From Vicugna vicugna (taxonomy: Eukaryota): 64,000 nt of DNA. The DNA is taken from the NCBI GenBank assembly GCA_013265495.1, contig MU061579.1:5764963-5828962 (forward strand), in the 5' to 3' direction. Positions 26,800 to 40,972 of the stretch are shown here, piece by piece. The position numbers and the translations under genes are program-made. The notes beneath the pieces are model-generated. The model was not told the origin of the DNA. It saw only the letters and a program-made list of their open reading frames with translations, and searched no databases. Each line of letters opens with the position of its first letter. Position 1 is the first letter of the stretch.

Positions 26800-29240
26800 C
26801 CTAGTATTCGAATCTTTTCAAATCCCTACATAAAAATAAGAAGAGAAAATAGCACAATGAAAAGACTCGTGTACCATTCTTGAAACTAAACCAGGTGAAA
26901 AGGTATCATTATGAGCTCAAAAATACAAGTCACTGTAAAAAAAAAAAATACTTGCATGTTATCAGCATCTGTAAGGAGAAAGCAGAGGGTAGCACCAAGG
27001 TATCTGATGGGGCTGAGAAAGAAAAGCTCCAAAATAATCGATAGGTCCTCACTAGGGATCATGGTGAGACAGCCACAGAACAGCAGCTGAAATGGACAGA
27101 GGTGGTTCCCAGTCCAGAAGTTGAGCGCAAGGCATCATGGCAAGATCTGCAAGGGGCTAGAGGACCCATCTATAAACTCAACAGAAGCTGAAAACATCCA
27201 GAACTTCTTCTAGGATAAGACCCCCGCATTGAGGAGAAAGAGCTCAAGGTAGAATAAAAATTTAGTAAAAAAGTGATATTAGAAAGTGAAAACCCGTATA
27301 AAAGAGAGGAGGCGATACAGCCAAGAAATCTTAAGAATCAAGTCACCATGCAGTTCTTCACCACATGAACAGAAGAGGACGGTCTGTGAAGGTAGGAAAA
27401 AAAAAATGCCCTGAGCCACACTTTCTTCTAAAAGTTTAGGAAAACCAATTCAAGTAAAATTAAAGAATAGAACAGTATCAGCACAGGGAATTACAGCTAT
27501 TACTTTGTAATAAACTTTTATAAACTGTAAGGATACTGAATCATCATGCTGTATACCTAAAACTAATATAATTCTGTAAATCAACTATACCTCAATATAA
27601 AGACTGATATGGAGCAAATTGTTTCCCCTCAAACTTCATATGTGGAAGTACCCCCCACCCCGCCCAGTACCTCAGCAAGTGACCTCATTTGGAGACAGGA
27701 TCTTTAGAGAGGAAATCAACTTAAAATGAGGTTATTAGGGTGGACACTAACCTAGTATGACTGATGTCCTAACAAAAAGGAAATTTAGAGATAGACACAC
27801 ACATGGGAAATGATGTGAAGATTTATGATACCACAAGTGGTAGTATTTGTAATGTTATTCTAAGATTTGTATGCATATAATGTGGGATAAAGTTAATGAA
27901 AAATTATGGAATTATTTTAATTCTCTCATCCATTATGTCCTTTAGGGCAAGAATTCTCAGAATGGAAAAAGAGGGAAATACAGATTTAACACAGAGGGTT
28001 AAATTTTAAAAGTTAGGCTTAAATTTAAATTGCAAGTATGAACACTAAATTGGAAGATATAATGTGGAAAAAAATGACAACCTTGGAAGCTGCAGGAATC
28101 TCTAGAGCATAGCTTGTAGTTTGAGTTCCCAGTACCTATGAAAAGAAACCAGCACTCCTTGAAGAAATGCTGATTCCAGGCTGGGGCAGAAAATTTATGT
28201 GATGACCCTGGAATATCCTAGTCACACCAAATACTGAGGAGGCTATCAAAGTCAAATAGGGTCATATCAGCCAACTGGGTGACGCCAAACAAATCAAGCA
28301 ATAACAATAACAGACCAAAGGTGCCAGCTCAAAGAATCTCCCACTAACTTGAAAATGTAAGCTTGAAAAAGAATAAAAATTTCCATTGTTTGAAACTCAT
28401 TGATTCATTTGAATTGATAAATTGAAAATTATGTCAGAAAAAGAAAACAGCTAATTGGTCAACTTTGGAGGATGATAGGGCATCAATTCACTTATTTTGA
28501 AAACTTGTAAATGTGAGAAAATTACAGCTACTTAGCCTATTTTTCCTGTACTAACTGTGCCACTGCATAACCAAATACTACATGATGTAAAGTGCCTCTT
28601 CATCTCTTTATAAAAAGCATTTAAGCTATTAAATGAGAAAGGAGTGATTGACTTAGTGTCACCATTTTTGCAAATGCCCAACAAATTTTGGGATGTACTA
28701 GGCATTGAATATCAACTGCATTTCTAACAAAGACAATTAGACATCATGTACCTTCTACTGCAGAAACACACCTCGGTCTATAATCTTAAAATAGGGATCA
28801 GAAAAGAATCTGATCAAGCCTCTGGATCCAGCCACCCATATGCAATCAAAAACCCAGGCTGTTGGAACATCAACAGATACATTATAAGAAAATTAAAGTA
28901 GAGAAGAGGATACTTATAAGAAGAATTTTAAAATATACCACAGCTTCAAAAAATAGGAAAGACTATAATTTCTAGGAATGTACTTTTAGTGATAAAATTG
29001 CAAAGAAATTTAAGAAATTGGTTACCATAAAAGTCAAGATAATGATTGCTTTTGGGGAAAGAAGGAATTTAAAATTTGAATGGGACACATGAGGAGTTTC
29101 AAGGGTGGGTGACAAAATTATATTTCTTGACCTGGGCATAAATAAATTATTTGGAGGTTAGCCTTACAATAACCCATTAAGGAGTACATTTGTTTATGGT
29201 GATTTATCCATGTATGAGTTTTATTTTATAATAAAAATGA
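26800..29240 (+). mobile_element. Ancient L1M-derived block (with nested L1 3' end near 27520-27600 and an MLT1 fragment)
   Basis: A-rich + strand, L1 terminal motif TGTAAATCAACTATACCTCAAT, and L1MC/ME-like end TTTCTTGACCTGGG...ATGAGTTTTATTTTATAATAAAA. Boundaries approximate. Confidence 0.5.
27605..27825 (+). mobile_element. MaLR LTR 5' part (MLT1B-like)
   Basis: TGATATGGAGCAAATTGTTTCCCCTCAAACTTCATATGTGGAAG...TTAAAATGAGGTTATTAGGGTGG...ATGACTGATGTCCT. Confidence 0.75.
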
Positions 29241-29406
29241 TGAAATATAAATATTTTTAGGCTCCACAAATTTTATGTTGAAAATCTGTACTGTACACCC
29301 AATTTTGTTGGGCAGGTTATCTCCATTATTGCCATGACTCTGTTATTTGAAATCATTAACTATGGGAATAGAAAGAAAGAGAAGAGATTAAGAAAAGAGC
29401 ATAGCA

Positions 29407-29535
29407 GGGGAGTGGGTATAGCTCATCAGTAGAGTGCATGCTTAGCACTCACGAGGTCCTGAGTTCAATCCTCAGTATCTCTATTTTTAAAAAAAGAATA
29501 AAAATAAGTGTTCATAAAAAATGAAGTCATAAGAA
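29407..29535 (+). mobile_element. tRNA-derived SINE, Vic-1-like, short form
   Basis: GGGTATAGCTCA..GTAGAGTGCATGCTTAGC..GAGGTCCTGAGTTCAATCC. TSD AAGAAAAGAGCATAG (29390-29404 / 29536-29550) at a TT/AAGA site. Confidence 0.85.
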
Positions 29536-32299
29536 AAGAAAAGAGCATAGTGAGTATAATATACCAAGCACAAGTGCCAAGTTGGCCCTTCACATTAGGG
29601 AGTACCAGGAACCCACCATGTGAGTGAACAGGTGGACCGACCAGAGAGAATTTCTTGGATAATTTATGAAGGATAGTAGAAATGAAGAAACATCCCATTT
29701 TTCTTAACTATTTGAAGCTATTGAAAGTTATCAAAATTTCCTAAATAAAGCTATCAAGTTATGCTTTATGTCTTAAGAGCCAAAACTAGTTTGGGAGGTG
29801 AGAGTAGACACATAGCGAAGCTTCCAGATAGCAATCAAATTCAGTATATACAGAATCCTCTGGTGTACTGCAACACAGGTAACTCTAATACACCTTAATG
29901 AGCTTTCCCATATAGGGTGACAGCTTCCCATCTTCCCTTTTACTCAATAAAGTAACTAATGAATCTAACTCTCTTACAGTTCATTAGGATCTCAAAAAAT
30001 TTTCTTTCTGCTCAACATCCAGATTCCCTGAGTCCTGCAGTACATCTGTTTTCTTTACCAGTTCATGGTATCTGAGAAAAATTACTCTAACCCTTAGGTC
30101 TTCTTTGGGAGAAAAGGGAAAAGGAAGAACAAGTGAGCAAATCACATATATTCACAGCAAAATTGCTCTAACTAAATAAATACATGAGGGGATATATGAA
30201 TAAATGAAAATCGTACTTGGGGAAAGACGTTATTTATATAATTTAATCATATAATTAGCACTTATCTTGGTCTCAAACAAGGAACTGCAGAAGAGCTGAC
30301 CAAGCTTGGATTTCTGTGGCTTGAACACATGCTCCGGAGGCACCAGGTACCACAAGGACTAAATCTGGCCCTGGAGGGACTCTGTACATATGAGGAGAGA
30401 TCCTTTGGTAAGAGGCAGGTTTCTCTTTCCTCAGCAATTCTGCCACAGCAGTCAGTAGAAACAAACCCTGCAGCACACGACCCAGGAATGCCTTCTCGTG
30501 AAAGGAGATTTTATTTTTCTTTTAATGTTTGGAGTTTACATACAGTTCATTACTTGTTGGGTAGTAGAGTACACTTGGATATATGGATAGGGAAGTGAAG
30601 CATGGAATATGAGTTCAGTCTAGTCACCATACATTTCTGAACTTTGGGAGAAGACAGCAACTTCTCAAATATCTCAATTCTCACTCTGAGAGAATAGCTC
30701 TATGGGCTGATTCCCCCTAAGAATGTGTAGTACCCTGATCAGTTTAGGGTCACAGGTCACAAATTTCTGACAACTGGCAAAGGCCAAGTAGCATTCTAGT
30801 GCAGTAAAAACAAAGAATTCTCCACCTTTCTACCTTCACTCAAGTACTGGTGGTTTTAGACGAAAGTGTGTGTGTGTGTCTGTCTTTGTGTTTACAAAAC
30901 TACAACTAGAGTTCTGGGAACACAATTGTACATTAAACTTGAGATAGTTGGCCTGAGGGCTCAGACTATGCGTTTCCCTCATTTGGAAACCATGAGCTCC
31001 GTGCCAGAATATTCTTGCACATCTTTTTAACTCATTCACTTCTTTCAAAGTAAAGCTAAACAAAACATTGATGTCAAATTAATACAATTTCTGAGACCCT
31101 GAACTTACACACTCATTCTAGTAGAAGACAACTCAGCTTCTAAAGTATCTAAACCCTACCCTAGAATTGCAAACCCTCTTGTTGAATTTGATCAAAATGA
31201 AAAAGTGGGGAGGATGGATTTTGGAAAAAAAATTAACAATGATTTTGGATTTTAGACTCTTAATTTAAAAGCAATAAAATTTGACTTAAAATCGTTTCTC
31301 TTTCTGACTTTGTTTCTGGATTTAATTTTTTTTCAAGAGAATTTAAACCTTTAATGTTCCATGTATCTTTGAAATTTGATCAGAGAAAAAGGCTTTATTA
31401 AAATTATGGGCATCTCAATGTGGTTGACATTTTGCTATTGAGGTGACTAGTATTTTAATAATAGAAATCCCTTACAATTTCATTTCATCTCATTACAGAA
31501 TCTCTAATAGATTATATTAGACAAGGTGGCTGAACAAAGTTTGTGAGAGGAAACAGAATGACAAATGAATTTTCAGCCTTGTGAACAGAATGACCCTGAA
31601 AGAAACTTACTAAAGACAAATCTGATCCATTTTGGAGATTTTTGACAGTATAAGCTTAATCTCCTCTGCTGATGAATGGCCTCAGGAAGAGACCCAAAAG
31701 AGCGGTCTATGGTACTTGGAGAAATGCCTCAAGAGGTTCTAAAGACTTACCATCTTGATGGCTGGTAACTGTACCTTCCCTATTGGTCAGTCATTGACTT
31801 GTGGTTAAGTCCAGTAGGTTAAGAGCGGGGAAAAAGCTATTGATATGAATCTTGCCTCCCTCTTTCCCCTTAACCAAGTAAATGACGTGGCTCGGGAATT
31901 AGAGGATAAGGTAAGTTGACGCTCAGTGTCTACTGCTCACTCCTAATTTGCCTTTCTCTGATGCAGAGGTTGTGAAATGCCGCCTTCCCTAGATACCTTT
32001 ATCTTCATCAATAATAGCATTAATATTTTACTCTTTCACTGCTGATTCTTGTAATACCCAATTGCTTCATAACCTGAAATAGATGAGTGCTGTTTTCTGG
32101 ACTTCATCACAACCCATTACATTAAAAAGGGAAAACACACCAATTTCAGAAAACTAGAAAAATATAGGGCAGCAGACTGTATTCTTTTTATTTTGAGCTA
32201 TTTGACTTTTCCTCACTAATGAATAGAGGCCTTAACATTTTAGACAGTAATCTTTTGTCTGGCAAATACTAACTCACATTTCATCAAATTGGTATTCCC

Positions 32300-33110
32300 A
32301 CTACTCCCATCCGTCCTTCATATCATTGCAAGTGATCTTTCTAAAATTTAAATTTAATTATATTAATCCTCTACTTGAAACCTTTCATTTCAGGCAAGAC
32401 AAAGTTAAAATTCCTTGTTCAAATAAGGTTCTCATCTGTCTGGCCACTGCCTACCATTTCAAACTTACGTCTCACTTCAGTTCCCCTGGTTACTCTGTCA
32501 TCACCCTTGTGCTGCTTAAACCCACTCTCTACACAATGCACCAGCAGTAGGAATACACTCATGTCCATGTCCTGCTCAACACCTTGTAAAATCCCCTCCT
32601 GACCTAGCACATACAATGTAAGCTCATTAAAACAGCCTTCAAGGTGACCCATGACCTGACTATAGCCTTGCTCCGCAGTCCCATTTTCTGTCATGATTGA
32701 TGTCACACTTCATGCTTAAACAATGTAAAACCGTGTATAGAGTCCCCAGAGGTACAATATAATTCCTAACCTCTGAGTCTTTGCTCATACAGGATTTTGT
32801 TTTTGAAATGTCATCCCTTTCTTGTTTATGGCTCTCTCCCAATTTTTAAGTCATAACCCACATGTCCCTCCCTCCCTGCCAAACTCTAAGAGAAGTGATA
32901 TGGCGCTTACTGCGTGCTGCTGGGATATCCTGTGCAGACTTCTATAATAGCCCTTTCCACATCGTTTATAATTATCCGATTGTATGTATTTCCCCCACTG
33001 GATTTAAGCTCCTTGAGAACAATGACTTACTTAATCATATGATTACTTCTCTAATGCTTGAAGAACAGAAGAACCAACAGTTATATGTTGGATTGAACAC
33101 TGAAGAATGA
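32300..33110 (+). mobile_element. L2 LINE 3' fragments
   Basis: GTGATCTTTCTAAAAT, TAAGCTCCTTGAGAAC and ATATGTTGGATTGAA terminus. Confidence 0.5.
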
Positions 33111-33432
33111 AGTAATATATTTTATGGTTAGTCGTTACAGGGAATTACTGAAAAATCCTTGACTGCATCTTGCAGTTTCACAGGCCCTTAGAGTGTACAC
33201 TGAGGTAGCATTTTTGGATGACAATATCTTTCATATTTAACATACAACACTACCTTTTCCCAGAAATTCCACTATTAGAAAAATATTCTAAAAATACTGT
33301 AATAATGTTATACTATTATTTTATAATGACACAAATATTTATATCATACCCACAAAATATCCTATAGATACTTAGATTATGCCACAAAAGATAGTTCTTT
33401 GCAATGGCTGTGATGGCAAGTAAACTGTGAAC

Positions 33433-33640
33433 CGTGGTGATTAATTTTGTATGTCAACATGGTACACAGGTTTTAGTCAAACATCAATCTAGATGTTGCT
33501 GTGAAGGCATTTTTTTTTAGATATTTCTCCAGAGAGACAGAGAGAGAGAGAGATGGAGATATAGATCAATACGGATATATAGGTATACAAATACAGTCAC
33601 ACCCTGTCGGTTCTGATTATCTGCAGAAGGCTGACTAACA
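33433..33640 (+). mobile_element. MLT2-like (ERVL) LTR, internally deleted
   Basis: GTGGTGATTAATTTTGTATGTCAAC, GTCAAACATCAATCTAGATGTTGCTGTGAAGG and GGTTCTGATTATCTGCAGAAGGCTGACTAACA end. Confidence 0.7.
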
Positions 33641-34035
33641 AACTACCTGAAGGAAAATGAACCGGGAGCTATTTAGGTAAATGGTAATCATTTCCCACCC
33701 AAACCTTTTGCCACTACTGTAGTGTTATCAAGAAATAGTAAGGCAGATCTTTATGTGTTAAGATAGAGAACAAGTCATGAAAAACTTTCTGATGTGTACG
33801 CAGTACCATTGCCATTTAAAAAATCCATTCATGTAGATGTGCAGAGAGAGAGTAACTACCAAGTTGATAACAATGGTAGTCTGAATAAGTGGATTGTAAT
33901 TGTTATTGTCTGTTTTCTTAACAGTATATTTTGAATTATTTTCAGAGGCCCACTATAGTTATTGTAAAATAATAACCAAATCACTTTTTGGAAGTACAAA
34001 TTACTTCATACCTGTTCTCATACATCTCTTCCTTG

Positions 34036-34070
<35 letters not shown>

Positions 34071-35975
34071 GGCCATACAGCCCCCTTTCCTCTCTTCATT
34101 TGTCTGGACAGCACATAACCAGATTCCAGGATTTCAGATCATGACTCACCTTTTCTCAGAGCCTTTTCTGACACATCCTTTCTGAGTAGAATTGCTTACT
34201 ACTTTCTCTGAGTTACCACTGAACCCTGAACAAAATATATCAAATCCCAAGTAATATATTACTGAGCTATTTCTGTCTTCTAGATTGCTCTTGAATACCA
34301 TCTGCCAAATTTACCAAATGTATATCTCTGTCACATCTCTCCGTACAACTTCACAGTTAAATGATTAAATGTCTACTTGACACCTCCACATGGATATCAA
34401 AGAGGTGTCTCAATTTTCACACGCCCTAAACCAAATTGCTGGTAACAGGTAATCACTCTCTGCCAACAGATGGCACAGACTGAGAATATTAGTGGTCTAT
34501 ATCTCTAACTGAAGATTGAAGCTGTATCCAAGGTGAAATACATGCTAAGAAAAAAATTTTTTTTAATCTACTGTACTCAAATTACTATGTTGGTTGGAGA
34601 CTGGAATTCAATCACTGCTGTGATAATTCAAATACAACAACCATGCAAACACTAAGCAAACCCCCACTGGAGCAGCTCTTTGTAAATGCTGTCTAGTAAT
34701 TTCAGTAAGCTATAGGTCCTGTGCTGTGTTAATGCAAACATAACAGATGGTTATGCAAATGAAGTGCACGCACTAAATCTTAGTAGTGAATGTAATTAAT
34801 TATGAACTTATGAGTTGGAATAATTTCAAGATGCTTTCCATCTAAAGACAGTTTGAAAGGAAAGCTTGAGCATTCCAGTAAAATCAAAAGTGGTTGTAGG
34901 CTAATGGGCATTTTGAAGACTTAGCAAAATTACTTAAGGCATTTTATTTATTATAGCTATAATTAAGTTTAAAATGCTGACTTATTTTCCTGATTCTAAA
35001 CCATATTCAAATCCTGGAAGGATAGGCAAATACATCAAACATTCTCACAGTGCTATAGGACAATTCCCTAATTGTTTACTCTAGAATTTGTTCATGATCA
35101 TCAGACAGCCATCAAAACTTAGTTCAAATTCCCTATAGCATTCAATTATTGGGAGCTATAAAAATGAGAATTACTGATTAGCACACTAACTTGGGTTTCC
35201 ATAGTGACAGAATTTTTAAATCCTTGTCTCTATTTTTATGCATTTGTTTTTTGTTTCTTTATTTGAAGCAGAATGAAATTTCAAAGGCTACTAAGGATTC
35301 ATAGCATAGCTGAGATCAACATATCATTCATACCAATGCCACTGTGAGAGTGATTCATAGGGATCCCTAAGCCTCCCTGAGTCTCAGTTTTTACATCTCT
35401 AAAATGAGGAAGAAAGTTGGATAACTGCATAAGAGAGATTATGCTTTAAATGCTTTAAAATGTATTATTTATGTGGCTAATATCCTTTAAGTGTGGGATT
35501 ATATAAAAGATTTTATAAACTGATTTTTCTTGTTATTTGCATATTATTTGATCTTGATTAACATCCAAGAAGACAACGTGTCTTCACTTTCAAGATATAG
35601 CCATACTAAAATATTAGATTATTATCATATTAAAAGGCAAAAAATAAACTGTGGCAGTGCAAAAATATTAACAACTAGCAAGTATCATAAACTAAAACAA
35701 GTAGTTTTAGATATGCCATTTTAAAAGGTAAACAATGAATTTTCCATATATGAGCCATCAAAGTCAGAATTCCCATGTACTATAGACATAAAAATTTTAT
35801 TTGAGCACTTTTAAAATGAAATATAAATAATTTTATTTTTCCATCTTAAGAAAAAAGTACAAAATACATCTTACTAGCATTAAATCTGTCATTTTAAAAA
35901 ATTCAGTGATATTAAATGTTAATGTGTACATTTTTTTGCCTTTCCCTATGGTACATAGCAAAAAAGCAAGATGAT

Positions 35976-36302
35976 AAAAAAAAAAGAAGACAAAGGAACT
36001 TTAATATAAAACAGAAACAGTCTCACAGACATAGAATACAAACTTGTGGTTGCCAGAGGGGTGGAGAGTGGGGATGGACAGACTGGAAGATTGAGATTTG
36101 TAGATACTGACAGGTATATATAGAATAGATAAACAAGTTTATATTGTATAGCACAGGGAAATACATTCAAGATCTTGTAGTAGCTCATGGTGGAAAAGAA
36201 TATGCAAATGAATATGTGTATATTTATGTATGACTGAAAAATTATGCTGTACCCCAGAAATTGACACAACATTGTAAACTGACTATAACTCAATTGAAAA
36301 AA
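35976..36302 (+). mobile_element. 5'-truncated L1 3'UTR
   Basis: Homologous to the other L1 3'UTRs, with a poly(A) tail. TSD AAAAAAGCAAGATGAT (35960-35975) / AAAAAGGCAAGATGAT (36303-36318). Confidence 0.9.
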
Positions 36303-39300
36303 AAAAAGGCAAGATGATGATACTGTCTCTGGGGTTAGAGAACATGTACTTTTTTCTTAGTATTAAATTCAAGCCTACTTCTACTTAAAATCATTGAGTA
36401 AAATGACTTTAAAAAAAAAGAGTAAAGTTAAGGAAAGAACAAATTAAGTATTAAGAGCAAAAATAGCATACAGAATAAAGACGAAAGGAAAATACAGTGA
36501 GGAAATGACTGAAGATGGAGCTATAAGGTGCAAAGAGAAAGCAGTTATGAGACTGAGAAGCAACAGAAGGTGGAAGAAAGCAGAGAGAAAAGAAGATTAA
36601 ATAAATCAGATAAAAAAAAGTCTTTCAAATGTATCAAATGTGATTTCTCCAACAGTTTATTATAGTTTTAAAGTGTTACAGAGTTGCTGCATATGACTGC
36701 GAATTCCTAAATATTCTTTGATGAAAGTTTAGGTCTACTGGTCAATAGATCTGCAAAAAAAGAAAAGTTTGTATCTGCTAATAATGTGTGTTTTTAGTTT
36801 TTGGCTCATTTCTGGGAGAAATTCTTAAGTGAAAATTTTGCTCAAGGGCAGATTTTTGCTATTCTTATTAAAATTAACTGGAAGCATTGACAGAAATGGT
36901 AAGACTTCATATTGTAGCTTAAGTTACAACATTACTGTAGAATGATGCAAATTCATAATCATTGTACTAAGGTAAAACATGAACTATTCTGCACAGATCC
37001 TAAAGTAAATAAGTTATTTTGCCTTAGGAAAAAATATCTGAGCACATGAGGTAACTATTAACTTCTTCCAAGCTCTTTTAAGGAGAAATTATGTGGCTTT
37101 CAAATGTGTAGTGTAAGCATCTGGTAACTAGTACCAGTGCATGAATGATCATCGAAGTCTAGCCTTTGTCTTCCCAAAATTGCAATATCTTCTATGGAGT
37201 CTAATGGAAATACATATTCAGAGATACAGAGCTGTCAATTTTATCTATTTTAGCCTCTAGAAAAAGTTAAGTAAGTTATTTTGAAATTATTATTGTTCTT
37301 TTCCTATAGAAAAGGCTGTAATTAGAACATGATAAATACTGATGATCATGTAGGAAAATTTGCAGTTCTGAATCAGATACTGGCAATTGCCTAAAATATT
37401 ATTAACATATTATAAAATATATTATATATTTCATATGTGATTTATATATTATTATAATTTTATTTGATACTGAATGCTTAAATATCTATAAAGTGCTTAG
37501 AAGTATGTGTAGCATATGTATGTGTGTGTAGCATATGTATAGTAAGTCCTATATAGTTATCCCCTACCAAACAGTCCACTTCCATTTCATACTCAACACA
37601 CCTAAAGGAGAATTCATGAATCTCTTTATATATGTAATTCCTCATTTTTTAAAATGCATCACATTCTTCCACTTCTCCAGATCAAAGTCCCAAATTCATT
37701 TTACACTTTTCTCTCTCCTGCTTGTATCTATTCAGACAATAAACCTTTATATCTTTACTTTGCATTGATTCATGTTGTCTTTATAGCCTTCTCTAATAGA
37801 ACACTTCAGCTGGGCTGCAATGACTCCACTTTTCTATTTCTCCATATTATACGTTACTGCTCTATTATTCTTCTCAAAATATTTTCCATATTGCTACTTG
37901 CCTGTTGAATAACTCAAAATGGATTACTGTGATCTACTGAATTAATTCCAACCATTTCTTCCTGAAAACATCAGTCTTCCACAGTTAAACATAGATGCTC
38001 ATGTATTTTCCTCTCCCATTTCCCCATATAGACCACCTCAGATTCACCATACAGGTATTCTGAAAATTTTGATAGCATGTTATTATTCATAGAATATCTT
38101 ATTTTCATTAATCTTGTTATCACTTAGATTTATGCTAGACAAAAATATACCATGTTCTAAATTTAAGCTGCTCAAAGACTATATAATATTATCATGGTTA
38201 AATATCTCCACATGCATGACATTATATTTACTGACAATAATAAGCAATATCTTGTTTTCCTGAACCCTAGTGTAAGAATCTAAGGTCTAAAAAAGCGATG
38301 AAGTGTTATTTTGAGATTCTCACAGTCAAAATTTAAGGTGGGAAGGGCCCTGAGGAGAGGTATGGTAGAATTCTTACTGTTTTATGAGAGCCAGTCATTC
38401 ATTATTAGTATTGGGAGAAAGAACTAGGACTTTTCACAGTCTGTAAAAGGAACATAATAACAGTTCTTTAAAATGAAAATGAGTTAGCTAAATTGATATT
38501 GAAATATGTCAACATTTTTACTTTTCCAGTAAAAAATGGTGGTCAAATTTTAAAAATTAAAATAGAAAAAGAACCAAAGTGTTTTAGGGAGAATTAGAGA
38601 GGAGCTGCCTATGATACGCATTTGGAGCAACAAGGAGACTAGTAAATAATGTGATTCAGTACCAAGGACAGTACCCTGCAGATTCTTCCCTGTACATACG
38701 GAAGCCCCTCCTTTCTCTCAAAGCCTACCTTAATATAACTTCTTTTAATCAATCAAATTAAGATGTAATGTACTGTGTTTTTTATTTCCTGTGAAAAAAA
38801 TAAACCATTAGATTAACTCCCTGAATGATTTATACTTTAACTGAAAAATGTTACACTGAAGTATTATGGCTTTAACAAAATTTTTTTATGTTATATGCTA
38901 CTAATAATAAGAAATCTATGGTATAATTAGCTTGAAAATGCCTATGATAAATATTATGAATATTCTGACTATCTCATTTGCATTCAAAATGACTTTGCTT
39001 GTCAGTTATTGAGGAATATCAGAATGCTCCTAAATACTAACTTTACACATAGGTTTTTTGATGGAGTCAATTACATGAAACTTAAAGGTATATTTGCTTT
39101 CTGTTAAAAAATGAATCATAAATTTAGAAAATTATTCTGGCTACAAAAGTATAGAACATATGACACTCACACACACATGGACTTCTTAAAGCTGAGTCAT
39201 TCATTTAGGTTTTTTACAATTTAGGGTGTGTGTAACAAATTGGACAGAAATAGAGTCCATTGAGTTTTAAATGCCCTCATTTCTGGAAATTATGCATGCC

Positions 39301-39531
39301 TCTCGTTTTATTCTCTGGCAATATTTATACATGTTAGGGAAAGACTAATTAAAGACTTTGATGTTTAGGCTATTGATATATTTCTTAAACTCAAGTTACT
39401 CTTCCCATTTTCCTAGATATCATTTTCTTCATTTTAGAACTATTTTATTTACCAACATAAGATGTAGATGTTAACTTTATAGATTTTTCTACAGCATCTC
39501 CTTCTACATTTCTCCCCATAATTTTTATTCC

Positions 39532-39928
39532 TGTATTAGTCAACTCAGGTTGCTATAATAATAAACCACAGATTGGGTGGGTTAAATAGCAGAAATTAAT
39601 TTTGTCACAGGTTTGGAGGCTGGAAATCCATGACTAAGGTGCCAGCAGGGTTGCTTTCTGGGGTGACCTGTCTTCCTGGATTGTGGATGGCCACCTTCTC
39701 ACTAGTTTCACATAACATTTCCTCTGTGTTCATACAGAGAGTGGTCGATCTTTGGTGTCTCAGCCTTTTCTAATAAGTGCACCAGTCCTATCAGGCTAGA
39801 GCCCCCAACCTTATGATTTAATTTAATCTTATTTACCTCATTACCTATCTCAAAGTATAGTCACAATGGGAGTTGGTGTTTCACCCCCATTTGAAATTTG
39901 GGGGGTGGACACTATCCAGTCCATAAAA
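39532..39928 (-). mobile_element. MaLR solo LTR (MLT1A/B-like)
   Basis: TGTATTAGTC...ACCACAGATTGGGTGGGTTAAATAGCAGAAATT...GGAGGCTGGAAATCC...GGACACTATCCAGTCCATA. Confidence 0.8.
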
Positions 39929-39951
39929 ACCACTGGTGACAGTTTCTTTTT

Positions 39952-40972
39952 TGTTGTTTTTTTTTTTAACATTTTTTATTGATTTGTAATCATTTTATAA
40001 TGTTGTGTCAAATTCCAGTGTTCAGCACAATTTTTCAGTCATTCATGGACATATACACACTCACTGTCACTTTTTTTTTTTGTGAGTTATCATAACATCT
40101 TGTGTATATTTCCCTGTGCTATACAGTGTAATCTTGTTTATCTATTCTACAATTTTGAAATCCCAGTCTATCCCTTCCCACCCTCCACCCCCCTGGTAAC
40201 CACAAGTCTGTATTCTCTGTCCATGAGTCTATTTCTGTCCTGTATTTATGCTTTGTTTTTGTTTGTTTGTTTTTTTTTTTTTTTGTTTTTTAGATTCCAC
40301 ATATGAGCGATCTCATATGGTATTTTTCTTTCTCTTTCTGGCTTACTTCACTTAGAATGACATTCTCTAGGAGCATCCATGTTGCTGCAAATGGCATTAT
40401 GTTGTCGGTTTTTATGGCTGAGTAGTATTCCATTGTATAAATATACCACATCTTCTTTATCCAGTCACCTGTTGATGGACATTTAGGCTGTTTCCATGTT
40501 TTGGCTATTGTAAATAGTGCTGCTATGAACATTGGGGTGCAGGTGTCATCCTGAAGTAGATTTCCTTCTGGATACAAGCCCAGGAGTGGGATTCCTGGGT
40601 CATATGGTAAGTCTATTCCTAGTCTTTTGAGGAATCTCCACACTGTTTTCCATAGTGGCTGCACCAAACTGCATTCCCACCAGCAGTGTAGGAGGGTTCC
40701 CCTTTCTCCACAGCCTCTCCAGCATTTGTCATTTGTGGATTTTTGAATGACGGCCATTCTGACTGGTGTGAGGTGATACCTCATTGTAGTTTTGATTTGC
40801 ATTTCTCTGATAATTAGTGATATTGAACATTTTTTCATGTGCTTTTTGATCATTTGTATGTCTTCCTTGGAGAATTGCTTGTTTAGGTCTTCTGCCCATT
40901 TTTGGATTGGGTTGTTTATTTTTTTCTTATTCAGTCCTATGAGCTGCTTGTATATTCTGGAGATCAAGTCTT
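39952..40972 (-). mobile_element. Young 5'-truncated L1 (about 1 kb), same subfamily as the full-length element
   Basis: Near-identical to 45840-46836 with an open ORF2 C-terminus including CCHC. TSD TGACAGTTTCTTTTT (39937-39951) / TGACAATTTCTTTTT (40973-40987). Confidence 0.97.

Noticed and set aside
34040..34067. T28 run as a solitary poly(A) retro-insertion
   Set aside because: No TSD or attached element is visible; simple homopolymer expansion suffices.
738..38000. Numerous 60-130 aa ORFs in the ORF track
   Set aside because: Many lie within decayed repeats or use non-ATG starts, and apart from the L1 ORF2 fragment at 20901-21107 none shows a recognisable domain.
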